DNA of 64,000 nt, taken from assembly GCA_030390025.1 (NCBI GenBank), contig CM059431.1, positions 113,152,001-113,216,000 of the forward strand. The letters run 5' to 3'. The notes beneath the pieces are model-generated. The model did no database searches and had not been told where the DNA came from. It saw only the letters and a program-made list of their open reading frames with translations. The translations under genes and the position numbers were made by a program. Positions 28,130 through 40,106 of this stretch are shown in pieces (position 1 is the first letter of the stretch; every line of letters starts with the position of its first letter). The stretch comes from Squalus acanthias. Taxonomy: Eukaryota.

Positions 28130-29420
28130 AAGGATGAGACCAGAACTGAGGTTATACCTATCAGGGCTCTTTTCTCTCAGAGAAGGCTGTGGGGTGACCT
28201 GATAGAGGTCTTTAAGATTATGAAAGGGTTTGATAGGGTAGACAGAGAGAAGATGTTTCCACTTGCAGGGAAGACCTGAACTCTGGGCCATCAGTACAAG
28301 ATGGTCACTAATAAATCCAATAGGGAATTCAGGAGAAACTTCTTTACACAGAAAGTGGTTAGAATGTGGAACTTGCTACCACAGGGAGTAGTTGAAGCAA
28401 ATAGCATAGATGCATTTAAGGGGAAGCTAGATAAACACACAAGGTAGAAAGGAACAGAGGGTTCTGCTGATGGGGTCAGGTAACGAGGGGTGGGAGGGGG
28501 CACGTAAGGAGCATAAACATCAGCATGGACCAGTTGGACCAAATGGCCTTTTTCTGTAATAAAAACAGAAAAAGCTGGAAATACTCAGCAGGTCAGGCAG
28601 CATCTGTGGAGAGAGAAACAGGGTTAACATTTCAGGTTGATGACCTTTTGTCAGAACTGGAAAAGTTAGAGGTATAACAGGTTTTAAGCAAGTGCAGGGG
28701 CAGTGAAGGTTGGGGGATGAAGGAACAAAAGGGAAGGTCTGTGATAGGGTGGAAGACAGGAGAGATTAAATGACAAAAGGTATGATTGTACAAAGCAAAG
28801 GGAGATGATAATGGGACAAGTAAAGAAACAAAAGATGGGTCTAGAAGAGATGTAAATGGGAACGGCAGAATCATCAACAGCTGCCATCTGAAAAAATGGG
28901 GGCAGAGGTTATGGCCTGAAATTGTTGAACTCAATGTTGAGTCCAGAAGGCTGTAAAGTGCCTAATCAAAAGATGAGGTGCTATTCCTCGAGCTTACGTT
29001 GAGCTTCATTGGAACAGTGTAAGAGCACAGAGAGATCAGAGTGGGAGAGTTTAAAGTGACAGGTGACCAGAAGCTCGGGGTCACGCATGCGGACTGAGCG
29101 GGGGTGTTCTTCAAAATGGTCACCCAATCTGCGTTTGGTCTCCCCAGTGTAAAGGAGCCAGCATCGTGAGCAGAGAATACAGTATACTAAATTGAAAGAA
29201 GTACAAGTAAATCGCTGTTTCACCTGGAAGGAGTGTTTGGGGGCCCTGGAAGGTGGGAATGGAGGAGGTAAAGGGCAGGTGTTGCATCTCCTGCACTTGT
29301 GTGGGAAGGGGAGGGGGTGTTGGTGGTGATTGAGGAGTGGACCAGGGTGTTGTAGAGGGAGCAGACCCTTTTCTGGCCTTTTTCTGTGCTGTGCATTCTG
29401 TGTAATTCTATGTAATGCAT
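28130..29420 (+). mobile_element. CR1 LINE 3' fragment interrupted in its tail by a Penelope copy
   Basis: CR1 ORF2 end at 28130-28557; tail resumes after 29387 with ctatgtaat-type repeats. Confidence 0.85.
28558..29373 (-). mobile_element. 5'-truncated Penelope-like element family A (GIY-YIG endonuclease plus terminal repeat with decayed hammerhead)
   Basis: KCRRCNTCP...FTCTSFNLVYCILCSRCWLLYTGETKRRLGDHFEEH (GIY-YIG); flanked by the 14-bp duplication TGGCCTTTTTCTGT (28544-28557, 29374-29387). Confidence 0.9.
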
Positions 29421-29785
29421 AGACACATCTTAATTTCATGTAATAAGCCATGGATTACATTGAGTATGTACAGCCTACAAATTCTAGACAGTTGATAATA
29501 GTGCCTGCTTGAGTCTATTCTATTTATATTGTCCCAGAACTGCAAATGTCAGGCGTTCTAAGACATGAAGCAGCTGAAGGACCCAATCGTCAAACAGATG
29601 CATGCAGTGCAGTACCACCTCACACAGCTGCCCTCTAGTGTAGATGATGCTGAGGACAAGTGGATGACATTTCATGATGCAGTTTGCAAGGCTGCTGCTG
29701 ACATAATTGGCTTTGTTTAGGATTGGTTTGATAAGAATGACCACTCAATTAGAGCGGCCCTTGAAGAGAAATGTAGAACACAACA

Positions 29786-30215
29786 GGGGGAATTTTAATT
29801 GGCAGCGGGTTTTGGGCAGGGCAGCGGAGGCCCAGTGGATTTTAACAGCTGGACCTCATTAACATGCGTTGGCAAGCTACTGCCCGATCGCATTGCTGGC
29901 AGGGTGGACTTCTGCCAGGTCTGCAGCGGGTTATTTACAGCTCAAATGCTCCTCTTTAAGGTGGTTAGATTCACATTGGTCTCTGCATTTGCTGGAAATA
30001 CCTCAATCTGGAAGATGACTCGGAAACAAGACCCCAGGTTTTCTGATACATCTGTGGAGGTCCTAATTGAAGAGGTGAGGGCACGGAGAGATGCCCTCTT
30101 TCCATCAGACGGGCCTGGAGAGAAGTTGCAAAGGCAGTCGACTCTTGGGAGCATCACCCCTAGAACCTGGATTCAATGCAGGAAATGTTCAATGACCTAA
30201 CCAGAGCAGCAAGGG
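29786..30215 (+). mobile_element. Harbinger left-end fragment with Myb/SANT remnant
   Basis: GGGGGAATTTT end; PRFSDTSVEVLIEEVRARRDALFPSDG...PRTWIQCRK. Confidence 0.75.
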
Positions 30216-31190
30216 CGAATACAAGTCTTCATGATGTGGTGTACCTTGACTTCCAAAAGGCTTTTGACAAAGTTCCACATGAAATACTGCTGTGGGGATT
30301 CAAAGTAAACTCTGGGAATGGATGATAAACTGATTGATGGGTACCGAGTGTGATTCAGTACTGTTTCTAATTTACATAAATGACCTGAATTCAGAGACTC
30401 AATGAAAAGTGTTTCAATTTACACCTTGAATACTGCCTCCCGTTATGCTCACCAAGAAACAAGGGAGACATTCAAGCACTGGCGGTAGTGCAGAAAATAG
30501 CCACTAAACAGATACCCAGACCCCGATATAAGTGGGGAGGGTGCGGGGAGGCCGTAATCGGCCGACGGACCCGGTGTGTCAGGGATGTGGAGGTCCTGCC
30601 AATCTTAACGGCAGGGCGTCCTTTAAATAAAATGCCGCAGTCTCCCACCTGATTGACAGTCTGACCGGCGGCCGGGAGCACAAGTAAGCGCTCCTGGCCC
30701 ACAGGGAAACCTGAAACTTAACCTGCTGGACATCTTCTGGCCCAGGACCCGGCTCCGGGCAGGTTTTGCCTGGCAGGAAAGCCAACACTGCCCCTGCTCA
30801 GGCCCATGGATGATATTGGGTCCTAATGACATCATCATACCCGATCTGCATATTTAAAACAAGACCCCCCCTACCTGGGCTTGTCCTGCTCGCCTGCTCA
30901 AAAGAGCAAGTTAATATGGGGACACGTCGGGAAGGAAGTGAGATGGTGGGGGTAACTAATACCTGTTATTTTATCTGCCCCCTCCCGCCCTGTTTCCGAG
31001 GCAGATAAATTCAGGGGCTTCAGTGTCATGGGCGTGAGTTGTGAGAAAAGACTTGAGACCTGAGCTTTTCAGCTCGGAAAGGAAGCAGTCGAGAGGTAAC
31101 TTTTATAGAAGTATGTAAGATTTTTAATGGCATAGAAAATGTTAACCTGGAATATTACTTTAAGTTAAACCGTGGTAGCAGTACTAAGGG

Positions 31191-31405
31191 TGACGTAATA
31201 AAGACTCACTACGCACTTGAACATAAAGCAAGGCTTTAATCAACTTGTAACGAAACATGGAGGTCTAGTTAGCAGTCACGAGCTTCCTGTTTCCAGATTG
31301 TCTCTGCCCAAGGTGGGCCCATGCCTGAGTATTTATACTCCCTGGACGGCGCCCCAGCTGGCCGCCCAGTAGTACTTCCTGAGTTGTTACTTGCGATTTA
31401 TGACA
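31191..31405 (-). mobile_element. Solo LTR (215 bp) inserted in a CR1 fragment
   Basis: TG...CA termini with short inverted ends (TGACGTAA / TTATGACA); perfect 5-bp TSD AAGGG; TATAAATA and ATTAAA on the - strand; CR1 sequence rejoins across it. Confidence 0.85.
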
Positions 31406-33213
31406 AAGGGGACACAGGTTCAAACTATAGGACCTCCGGAAATTCTTCACATGAAGAGTGGTCGAAGGGTGGAATAAACTTCTGGATACAGGAGTGGAGG
31501 CAAAAACCTTGGACACAATTGGATGCTACAATGGGGTGACGTTTTGGATCTTATTGGATGGATGAATGAATGAAGATGTGCTGAATGGCCGTCCTGATCT
31601 GTGAATAGCGTCCCACGTGTAAATGAGGCCTAATGCCTGTTCTAAGGCCTCTCTACCAAGTTGGGCAGCATGGCGCAGAGCAGGCACCAGCCCTGCGCTA
31701 CTCAGGATTCCTCGGCAGCAGTTGCGGCTTAAGCAGCGACCACCACCGAAAGGTCAGTTTAAAAAAATATATATAATTTTTAAAAAGTTCCTGTGGAGCC
31801 AGGAGAAGAAGTGCTCCCCCCCTCCCCCCCCCCCCCGACTCTGTAGTATCCCAATCGGGCCCCCCCCCCCCCTCCTTGCCACCCACCCTCCTCTCAGGAC
31901 TAGCAGCCCAAAATTCATCTATTTAAAATGGGCCTGTGGTGGCAGGACAGTTTTCGGTCCATTTCAGAAACACTCCACCTATGTTGTGACTTTCAACCTT
32001 GCGGACTAATCTATGTGGCACTACTGATCTGTATATGGAGTTAGGTCACGAATCAGCCATGATCTAATTGAATAGCAGAACAGGCTCCAGGGGCTGAATG
32101 GCCTACTCCTGCTCCTATGTTCCTATAACAAAAGCTATGCTGAAATCTAAATAAGCAACATCTACAACAAGGTTTGTTCTCTCCTCGAAGAACCCCGAGA
32201 GATTTGTCAGGCAGAATGTCCCATATTCTTCATGTGTGAGTGCAGCATTTTTTGGCATCCTGTTCCCAGCTGACATCCGCATATTTGCACTTTCAAGCAG
32301 GGATCATTGGCTGGTAATCGAGCAAGAAGCTGGCTCGTATTTTTATTGTCCTCGCTAGCTTAGGGGCACTAAGTCCAGTTGTAGCACTCCACTACCATCC
32401 TGGCTTACATTGTTTAAGCAAGGATGCCCTTGTCTGTATAACTCAGTATCATATCATATGATGCAGATACCCACTAAGCAATTAAGGAGCCAAATATATC
32501 CGCCTAGAGATTTCATGAGGTTGCGTTGGTTTTACCAGCGCAATTCGCCTGAAATCGGCCAAACCAGTGTAAAATTTCGAGGAATTTTAAGCGCAAGTTA
32601 CGTCGAGCCTAAATGGCTGGTTTAAACATCGTGCTGGAAGCCAGCCGTACCACAAAACTGGCCAGATCGATATGATGAGCAGAGCGAGTTTCGCCAATTG
32701 CGACCGTTCGAGAAGGCTCTTAAAACTAAGTTTTTTTTTATGTGCAAAGGCAGGTTTTAGAAGTTTTTAAATATTAAAAAGTATTTAATTTACTAAGAAA
32801 CTGGCTAGCGTACTCCAATGAAACTATTAAATGGTTCGGTATAATTTTTTTAAGTCATTCAGTGATTTAAAATTAGGTTACTCACAGGTGGTTGATTAGA
32901 CTATCTTTAAAATTGCTTATTTTTGGTGATAACCCATTTTCAGCTGTATTAATATTGCACTAGGTACTCTTAAATACATCAATGAACATTTTTTAATGCA
33001 AGGAAAAAAACAATTCGGTTTTATTACGCTGACTAGCACCGCTGGTTCATGGAAGATTTTACGTGTGCGATTATGCAACCATAACTTCACTTTGGAAAAA
33101 CAGTGCAATTTTAAACCCAATATGCGCCCAGATTGCCCATCGTGCCCAAGGCGGAAACTACCCCATCCTCTTTACAGCTACATGCCCCTTTTCAAAAATA
33201 AAATCAGGATTCC

Positions 33214-33477
33214 TAGGGATGCCAACCCTGCAGGATTGTCCTGGCGTCTCGACGAATTGAAGATTAATCTCCTGGACATTGCTGCAAGCAACCGGGGAGA
33301 AAATTCGTTGGGGCATTAAAAAAAAAATACTGCGTTTCTTTAATTTTCTTTCAACCCTTTTCTTTGTTAGCTATAAAAATATTGGAACTGGGAAAAAAAT
33401 GCTGTTTGACTGGGTGGAGGTGAGAGGTCATGTGATGAAACCTCCAGGAATATACCCAGCCAGAGTTGGCAACCCTA
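33214..33477. mobile_element. hAT-type MITE
   Basis: TIRs TAGGGATGCCAAC / GTTGGCAACCCTA; no clear 8-bp TSD. Confidence 0.65.
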
Positions 33478-34378
33478 ATGACATCACAAGAGCTTTACTC
33501 CTCAGCCTGTCAGCAAGCCCATACTGGTCAGGCTGGATGAAATGTGAAAAGCAAAATGGTGCATTATGTTGACAGAACCTATTTATTTATACCATTTTGG
33601 ACCTCATAGTTTGTGTTAGTCTTGGTCTGTGCAAACATTCAATTATGCTCTCCTGGTCTGAATATGTGGGTGGGGGGCATTTTCAACTCCGGAGCACCCG
33701 GTTTATCTCCAAGTACTGAGCACTAAGGCACTGAAAATTGGGTCACGATCTTGCACACCTGTTTCACGCACAGAATTAACCCATCACCATTTTGAATCGG
33801 GGGTTTCTTTTAGGCATCCAGCGCCTGCCTGAAATTGGTGGGTACCTATTTAATGATGCTAATTAGGGTCCTGTGCTAGTTTAAGCACCCAAATGTCCTT
33901 TTCAACAACTCTGGCATCCTATTTAACAATTCTAAATCAGTCACAGAAGTCATGGGCGGGAACAGCCTGGAGGGCGCCATTTGCAGCGATATTTAAAGGG
34001 ATCATCCCTGCTGACTGGTTGGTTTATTTGGATTGCTCGTGCGCCGCTTTAGATTTTCTGGGCAAATTTTGGCTCCTGGAACTGACAGTAATCATTTGTG
34101 GAAGCCATTTGCTGAGTCGGCAGAGGATTTTTGACCACGGGCTGCTGGCAAACTTCTGTTTAGTTTCAATGGGTGTGGTGCTTGGAATGCCATGGTGGTT
34201 GGATAGAAGGTGGATGTGGAGGAGGAGGAGGAGGAGAAGGAGCAGGCTAGAGTCCAGGAGCTGCAGCTGCATGGAGAAGAGGCAGAAGGAGGGAAGCTCG
34301 CAGGAGGCCTTACCCCACACAAATGTACAGGCCCGGATTGCTATACCAGAAGCTCACCAAGCAGTAGTGTGTGAGGAG

Positions 34379-34534
34379 CAACGTTCCCCCTAAGGTGCGC
34401 GGACGCGTGGCCGCGTACCAATCGGGAGGTCCCGCGCTGGCCGCTCACCAGCTGCTGTTGCTGGAAAAGATACCACGCATGCGCAGCAAATTTAAAGGGA
34501 CTGTGCACCAAACAAAAAATTAGAGGGAACAATG
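34379..34534. mobile_element. hAT-like MITE inside the Harbinger transposase
   Basis: TIRs CAACGTTCCCCCTAA / TTAGAGGGAACAATG; 8-bp TSD GTGAGGAG / GTGAGAAG. Confidence 0.85.
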
Positions 34535-34611
34535 GTGAGAAGGCCCCGCTTTAGTAGGAACACCATCACAGAAATATGTCACTTGCTGCAGCACCAGCTG
34601 CAGCCCAGCGC

Positions 34612-35935
34612 AACAACAATTTGCATTTATATAGCACCTTTACCGTAGCAAAAGGTCCCAAGGCGCTTCCCAGGAGTGATTATCAATCAAAATTTGACAC
34701 CAAGCCACGAAAGGAGATATCAGTCAAAGAGGTAGGTTTTAAGAAGCGAGAAATGTAGAGAGATGGAGAGGTTTAAGGAGGGAATTCTAGAGTTTAGGTT
34801 CTAGGCAGCTGAAAGCACAGCCGCCAATGGTGGAGCGATAAATTGAGTGCGCAAGATGCCAGAATTGGAGGAGCGCAGAGATATTGAATGCTTGTAGGGC
34901 TGGAGGAGATTACAGAGTTAGGGAGGGGTGAGGCCATGGAGGGATTCGAAAACAAGGACGAGAATTTTTTAATTGAGGCATTGTCGGACCGGGGAGCCAA
35001 TGCAGGTCAGCAAGCACAGGGCTGATGGATGAACAGGATTTGGTGCGGGTTAATTTTGGATGAGCACAAGTTAATGTAGGGTGGAAGATGGAAGGCCGGC
35101 CAAGAGTGCATTGGAATATCAAGTCTAGAGGTAACAAAAGCATGGGCCCAACATCTGCGATCGGAGGCTTCCCGCGGGCGGAGGTCTCCGACCTGTAAAA
35201 TATCTCCGCATTTACCTGGTGGTCCTGGAGATACGGAGACTCGCGATCCTGGGCCTCTCCGGGTCCGTGCGGGCAGAGGCCCATGTATAACAGGGGCGCA
35301 GGCGGTTCGCAAGCGTCCCTGGGATCACGTGGGCCGGCCCAACCAATAAAAGAAGGGAATCCCCATTCATACTTATGGGAGTTCCGTACGTACGGAATCC
35401 CCATAAGTATGAATGGGGATCACTTAAAAAATGCACGAACACATGAAATAAATTTTTAAAAGTTACATATTTAAAATAAATTAAAATGCCATTTAATTAA
35501 ATATTTTAAACAAAAATGTATTTTTTGAATTTTTTTTGATATGTTTAAACGGGGCTAAAAATAAACTTACCTTATTGGACAGGGTTTTTAATGTATGAAT
35601 GAGTGATAACATTTTTTTCTATTTTTTAAAACTCTTACGCTGGTAAAAGCCGGCCTTACTCCTGCTTTTACCAGGTGTAAGAATTCCACGGGCATTCAGC
35701 GGGCGGAGGTTGGGCAAATAGCGCAACTCTCCACCCGCGGAGGCCCTTTTCCCGGGGATGCGGAGGATGTACTTCGCATGCCTAAACCCGGAACTTGCAC
35801 AACCTCGGACGCACCCATAGCAGTCGCAAAACACGGCCCATGGATGAGGGTTTCAGCAGCAAATGAGCTGAGGCAGAGGCGTAGTCGGGCCATGTTACAA
35901 AGGTGGAAGTAGGCAGTCTTGTTGATGGAGTGGAT
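34612..35935 (-). mobile_element. L2 LINE 3' fragment (split by MITE 35145-35839)
   Basis: KTAYFHLCNMARLRLCLS..AAETLIH / AFVTSRLD...PVLADLHWLP motifs on -; (CAA)n tail at 34610. Confidence 0.85.
35145..35839. mobile_element. Harbinger-like MITE with internal 62-bp palindrome
   Basis: ATG duplicated on both sides, and the L2 rejoins when it is removed; imperfect TIRs GGCCCAACATCTGCGA / TCGCAAAACACGGCCC; palindrome 35359-35420. Confidence 0.85.
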
Positions 35936-36602
35936 ATCCTTGTCAGTGGCTGTCAAAGTCACAGTTGACCTGAACTTTTATGCCTCAGGGTCATTCCAGG
36001 CTGCAGCAGGTGATATGCAACATCAGCCAATCAACTGTGCAGGCCATTATTGGACAGGTGATCGATGTGCTCTTTGCCAAAGCCAATGACTTCATATCCT
36101 TCCATTGAATGCCACAAAGCAGGAAGACAGGGCGCTGTTATATGCAAGAATTGCAGGTTTCCCTCAGGTGCAGGGCATCATCGATTACACACACATAACC
36201 TTGCTTTCTCCACAACAAGAGTCTGAAGTCTACATAAATAGGAAGGGATTCCACTCAATGAACATCTAGTTGATGTGTGACAACATGCAGTGCATCATAC
36301 AGGTATGTGTCAGGTATCCTGGTAGCTGTCATGATGCCATCACCCCACACCAGTCCTCAAATCCCCTCTCACCCAAAACATGGGGACAGAGACTGGCTGC
36401 CTGGTGTCAAAAGCGAACCTCTCCAGACCTGGCTAATGACACATCTCAGGGACCCAAGTACTGGTGCAGAGATGAGGTACAATCAGCATGATGCCTCAGC
36501 TCAAGCCCTGAGAGAGCAGACCACAGGCCTCCTGAAGCAATGCTTCCGCTGCCTAGCTAGGCCTGGAAGTGACCTCCAGTACAGCCCCCAGAGAGATTCC
36601 AG

Positions 36603-37469
36603 GGCCGCGATCTTACCTGAGGAGGCGCGTTGGGAGCAGGACTGCTGGTTTCCGGGTTCTAGTCCCGCCCCCAGCGACGTCTGATGAACTGACGCTATTT
36701 TCCCCTGATTGGCCTGGTTAAGCCTGCCCTGCGGGCTTGCCGACCAATTAAGGGAAAGCCAGTGTCAGATGACATCAGTGCATGACGCTTCATCTGCTGG
36801 TTTTGTTAAAGTGACAGGCCCCATAATTTTTTGACAGATGAATTGTCAGTGTTTGACAGCATTGAGGTGCTGTCAAACATTGAAAATCACTGTCCAAAGG
36901 TGAGCCCTTGCACCAAGGATCACCAATTACTCTCTCCTTAGGAGAAAACAGATGGCAGCTGCATGTGGGATTGCAGAAGCCATCTGTCAGTTCTCCCGAT
37001 CAGATGAGACTTCACAGAAACATCAAATGTTGTCACCTGCAGATACATATAAACAGAATCAAAATATTTCTCACTACATTCTTTCATCTGTCATACTTAC
37101 CTGTGCACCATTGCACCCATCACACTACCGCTGCAGCTGTCATTTGTACACTTACACTGCAGCAGACCCACAGCTCGCCTCGCTGACCCTGGCGGGGTTT
37201 CCCGCCGTCGGGAAGCCCGCATCAGCAGGCGGAAAATGGGGAAAAGCCTGTTAACTGCCTGTTAACTACCTGTTAACTGGCAGTTAATTGGCTCTAATCC
37301 CCTTCCTGCCGCTAGGATACGGGTCCCTGCGCAAGTCGAGGACCCGCCTCCCGGGAAGATGGGTCGGAGGCGGGTTGGGAGCGGGGTTGGGACCCCCTCC
37401 CCATTTTTCCCATTTTCCCAGCAATCCCGCCTCCAAACCAGCCTTCTCAGGGCTGGTAAAATCCAGCTC
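36603..37469 (+). mobile_element. Short non-autonomous Harbinger copy related to 12914-14605, nested in the transposase gene
   Basis: CAG TSD; TIRs GGCCGCGATCTTACC / GGTAAAATCCAGCTC; shares the ttttcccctgattggcctggttaagcc and gtttgacagcattgaggtgctg blocks. Confidence 0.8.
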
Positions 37470-38152
37470 CAGGACTGTTGTTGTTTGCTGCACACTGCAC
37501 AACATTGCCATCCAGAGGGGTTTATCCATCAAGCCCGCTACAATTGAAGAGGTGGAGGCGGAGGGCCATGAGCACCAGGAAGACACTGAGGATGATGAGG
37601 AAGACAAAGACCCACTTTTCCAGGCAGCTGCAAGAGCTCTTCAACAGCAGCTCATCCAGGAGCATTTCAGCTGAAAACATTTGATACCTCTGCACCAACA
37701 GTCCCTCCCAACATCAGTCCCAGTCCTTCCACCATCCTTAGGACTGCCCTCAACCCAAACACAAGCATGGGGCTTTCAGACAAAACGCATTGCGTGGTCA
37801 TCATAAGCTCACCAAACAAACTCTGCACAACAAGAATTTAGAAAAAGAATGTAATTTACAGTTACAACTTCCATGAACTACTGATCAGCCTGACGCAACC
37901 CCCTAGTGCCTGTCTTAAGTGCTCTTCCACCTACTCTGGTGCTCCCCGAGTAGATTCAGCTTGGGAGGTGGAAGGTTGTTGGGCAGTGAGGAGGGCCATA
38001 CTTATCATTGAGCGAGCGACACAGTAAACCCACCCACTTTGTGCCCATTTTGTATTTCATTTAACTGTATAACTTCACAGAAACTGAAATATTTTCAATT
38101 AACAGTGTATATAAATAAGTATCAATAAGGATAATTTTTCATTGGACTTATT

Positions 38153-38947
38153 GGCCTAGAAATTGGGCTGCATACTGACCATTTTTCAGGCGTTACTCGA
38201 CCTACTGAGGCCCCAAAATGGCGGGCAGGAAGCGTGCGCGCGGAAATGCGCCACCTGCCATATTGGGTATTGACAAACAAGGGGTGTCCTTTATACACGC
38301 CCGAAACAGGCATTAGTTCCTTTGCATATGCAAATAAGGGGCTTAACACCTGCTTGAGGACCCCGCTCCAACATTGGTTTGCCCTGAAGCAACCTGCGCC
38401 ATTGTGAGCAGCACTCAGCGAAACCAACCCTACAGAACACCTGTAACAAAGAAGGTAAATAAATGACCTGAATGTGGAACTGGGAAGAGCAGGAATGCTC
38501 CTTCTGACCCCACATTAAAGGACCCTCTCAATCGCTGCCACACCTGTTCTCCCCCTCCAACCTCCGCTCCCCCCTCCCCCCAAAACACCGCACTCGGCCC
38601 CGAGATGCCCGACCCTCGATCTCCCAGTCCGTGACTCCGAATCTCCCTTTCCCCCCGTGACTCCAGGCCCCCTGAACCTCGGCCCGACCTGCAGCCTCTC
38701 ATTCTCTTGCCTCCACATCCCTGATGGGACTCCCGGGCCCACTTGCCTGAGGGCCACTGTGGTGCTAGCCGCAGCTCGATTTCTTCGCACTCCTCTCTAC
38801 TCTTTGCCGGTGGGCTGTAGCACCACACTCGCCCTATGACAATGAAGCCCAATATCAGGGGCGTCTCAGACCTCACCATTCTGCTGCAGGGTAAATAGCC
38901 TGCACCCCTCGAGCATCCGATATTGGCTGCTTCCATATTTCTAGGCC
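38153..38947. mobile_element. Harbinger-like MITE
   Basis: Perfect 11-bp TIRs GGCCTAGAAAT / ATTTCTAGGCC, ATT TSD; same TIR as 40691-44999. Confidence 0.9.
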
Positions 38948-39017
38948 ATTGTCTGTATACAAAATATACATTTCAGTCGGTAACATTTGCAGCGTTTTCT
39001 GTTTCTATTTCAGTTTT

Positions 39018-39606
39018 CCAGAATTGGAGGAGCGCAGCGATATTGAATGCTTGTAGGGCTGGAGGAGGTTACAGAGTTAGGGAGGGGTGAGGCCGTGGAG
39101 GGATTCGAAAACAAGGACGAGAATTTTAAAACTGAGGCATTGTTGGACCGGGAGCCAATGCAGGTCAGCAAGCACAGGGCTGATGGATGAACAGGATTTG
39201 GTGCGGGTTAAGATACGGACTGCAAAATTTTGGATGAGCACAAGTTAATGTAGGGTGGAAGATGGAAGGCCGGCCAAGAGTGCATTGGAATATCAAGTCT
39301 AGAGGTAACAAAGGCATGGGCCCAACATCTGCGATCGGAGGCTTCCCGTGGGCGGAGGTCTCCGACCTGTAAAATATCTCCGCATTTACCTGGTGGCTCG
39401 GGAGATACGGAGACTCGCAATCCTGGGTCTCTCCGGGTCCGCGCGGGAAGAGGCCTACGTATCCCAGGGGCGCAGGCGGTTCGCAAGCGTCCCTGGGATC
39501 ACGTGGGCCGGCCCAACCAATAAAAGAAGGGAATCCCCATTCACACTTATGGGAGTTCCGTACGTACGGAATCCCCATAAGTATGAATGGGGATCACTTA
39601 AAAAAT
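39018..39606 (+). repeat. Dispersed duplicate of 34859-35432 (L2 + MITE junction)
   Basis: Colinear, high-identity copy including the same MITE insertion point and the palindrome. Confidence 0.9.
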
Positions 39607-40069
39607 TCTAGCCTTTGCAGTTTTCCTTTTTATTTTACACATTGAAATGTGTTTCTTATTAATCAAAGTGGATCAGTTCAACACTTCATTTTTGACTAAG
39701 CACTGAAGCCTAACTACTGTACGTGACAAGGCTCGAAGTTCCTCGAATATCAATAGACGGTGTTTTCGGTAATGTAGCATGTTTTATTTGGACAGCTTTT
39801 AAAGTCCCACCTGTGGATTAGTGACTTTAACTTTGTGGAAAATAAGCTGATCACAAATGAGGAATACACGGTTTTGGGGCTGAATTTCCTGTCCGCTGCA
39901 ATGCTGGTGTATCTTCTGTCTGCCGCCTGCCTGTGCCCCTGACCCTGGCCCGTTTGGGGTCAAGGGCATTTAAGTATCTTAGGTGGGCACCAGGACCATC
40001 GACAGCACCAGAGAGGGACCTGCCTTAGTTGAAAAGGAGGGAAATCGCTGTGGCACCATGCTGAAGAAC

Positions 40070-40106
40070 AGTTCTGACGAAGGGTCATCGACCTGAAACG
40101 TTAACT
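40070..40106 (+). ncRNA. Minimal type-I hammerhead ribozyme motif (Penelope family A)
   Basis: AGUU-CUGACGA-AG-GGUC AUC GACC-U-GAAA-CG-UU/AACU: intact core, stem I AGUU:AACU, palindromic ACGU in place of stem III; a second intact-core copy lies on - at about 40280-40316. Confidence 0.75.

Larger units (their letters stand above)
33673..37990 (+). pseudogene. Decayed PIF/Harbinger element with HARBI1-like DDE transposase, interrupted by nested insertions
   Basis: Arg-rich N-terminus at 34169-34330; LSVAVKVTV.LNFYASGSFQ at 35940; GFPQVQGIIDYTHI...NRKGFHSMNI...RYPGSCHDA at 36150-36340; WLMT...YN...EQTTGLLKQCFRCL at 36430-36600; VVCCTLHNIAI at 37480-37510; stops and frameshifts present. Confidence 0.85.

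Noticed and set aside
32485..33165. Another Harbinger-like MITE
   Set aside because: Composition is suggestive (CpG-rich ends, AT-rich core), but matching TIRs and a TSD could not be fixed.
33893..37674. Host HARBI1 gene
   Set aside because: Stops, frameshifts, nested insertions and transposon context show a decayed transposon copy, not the domesticated gene.
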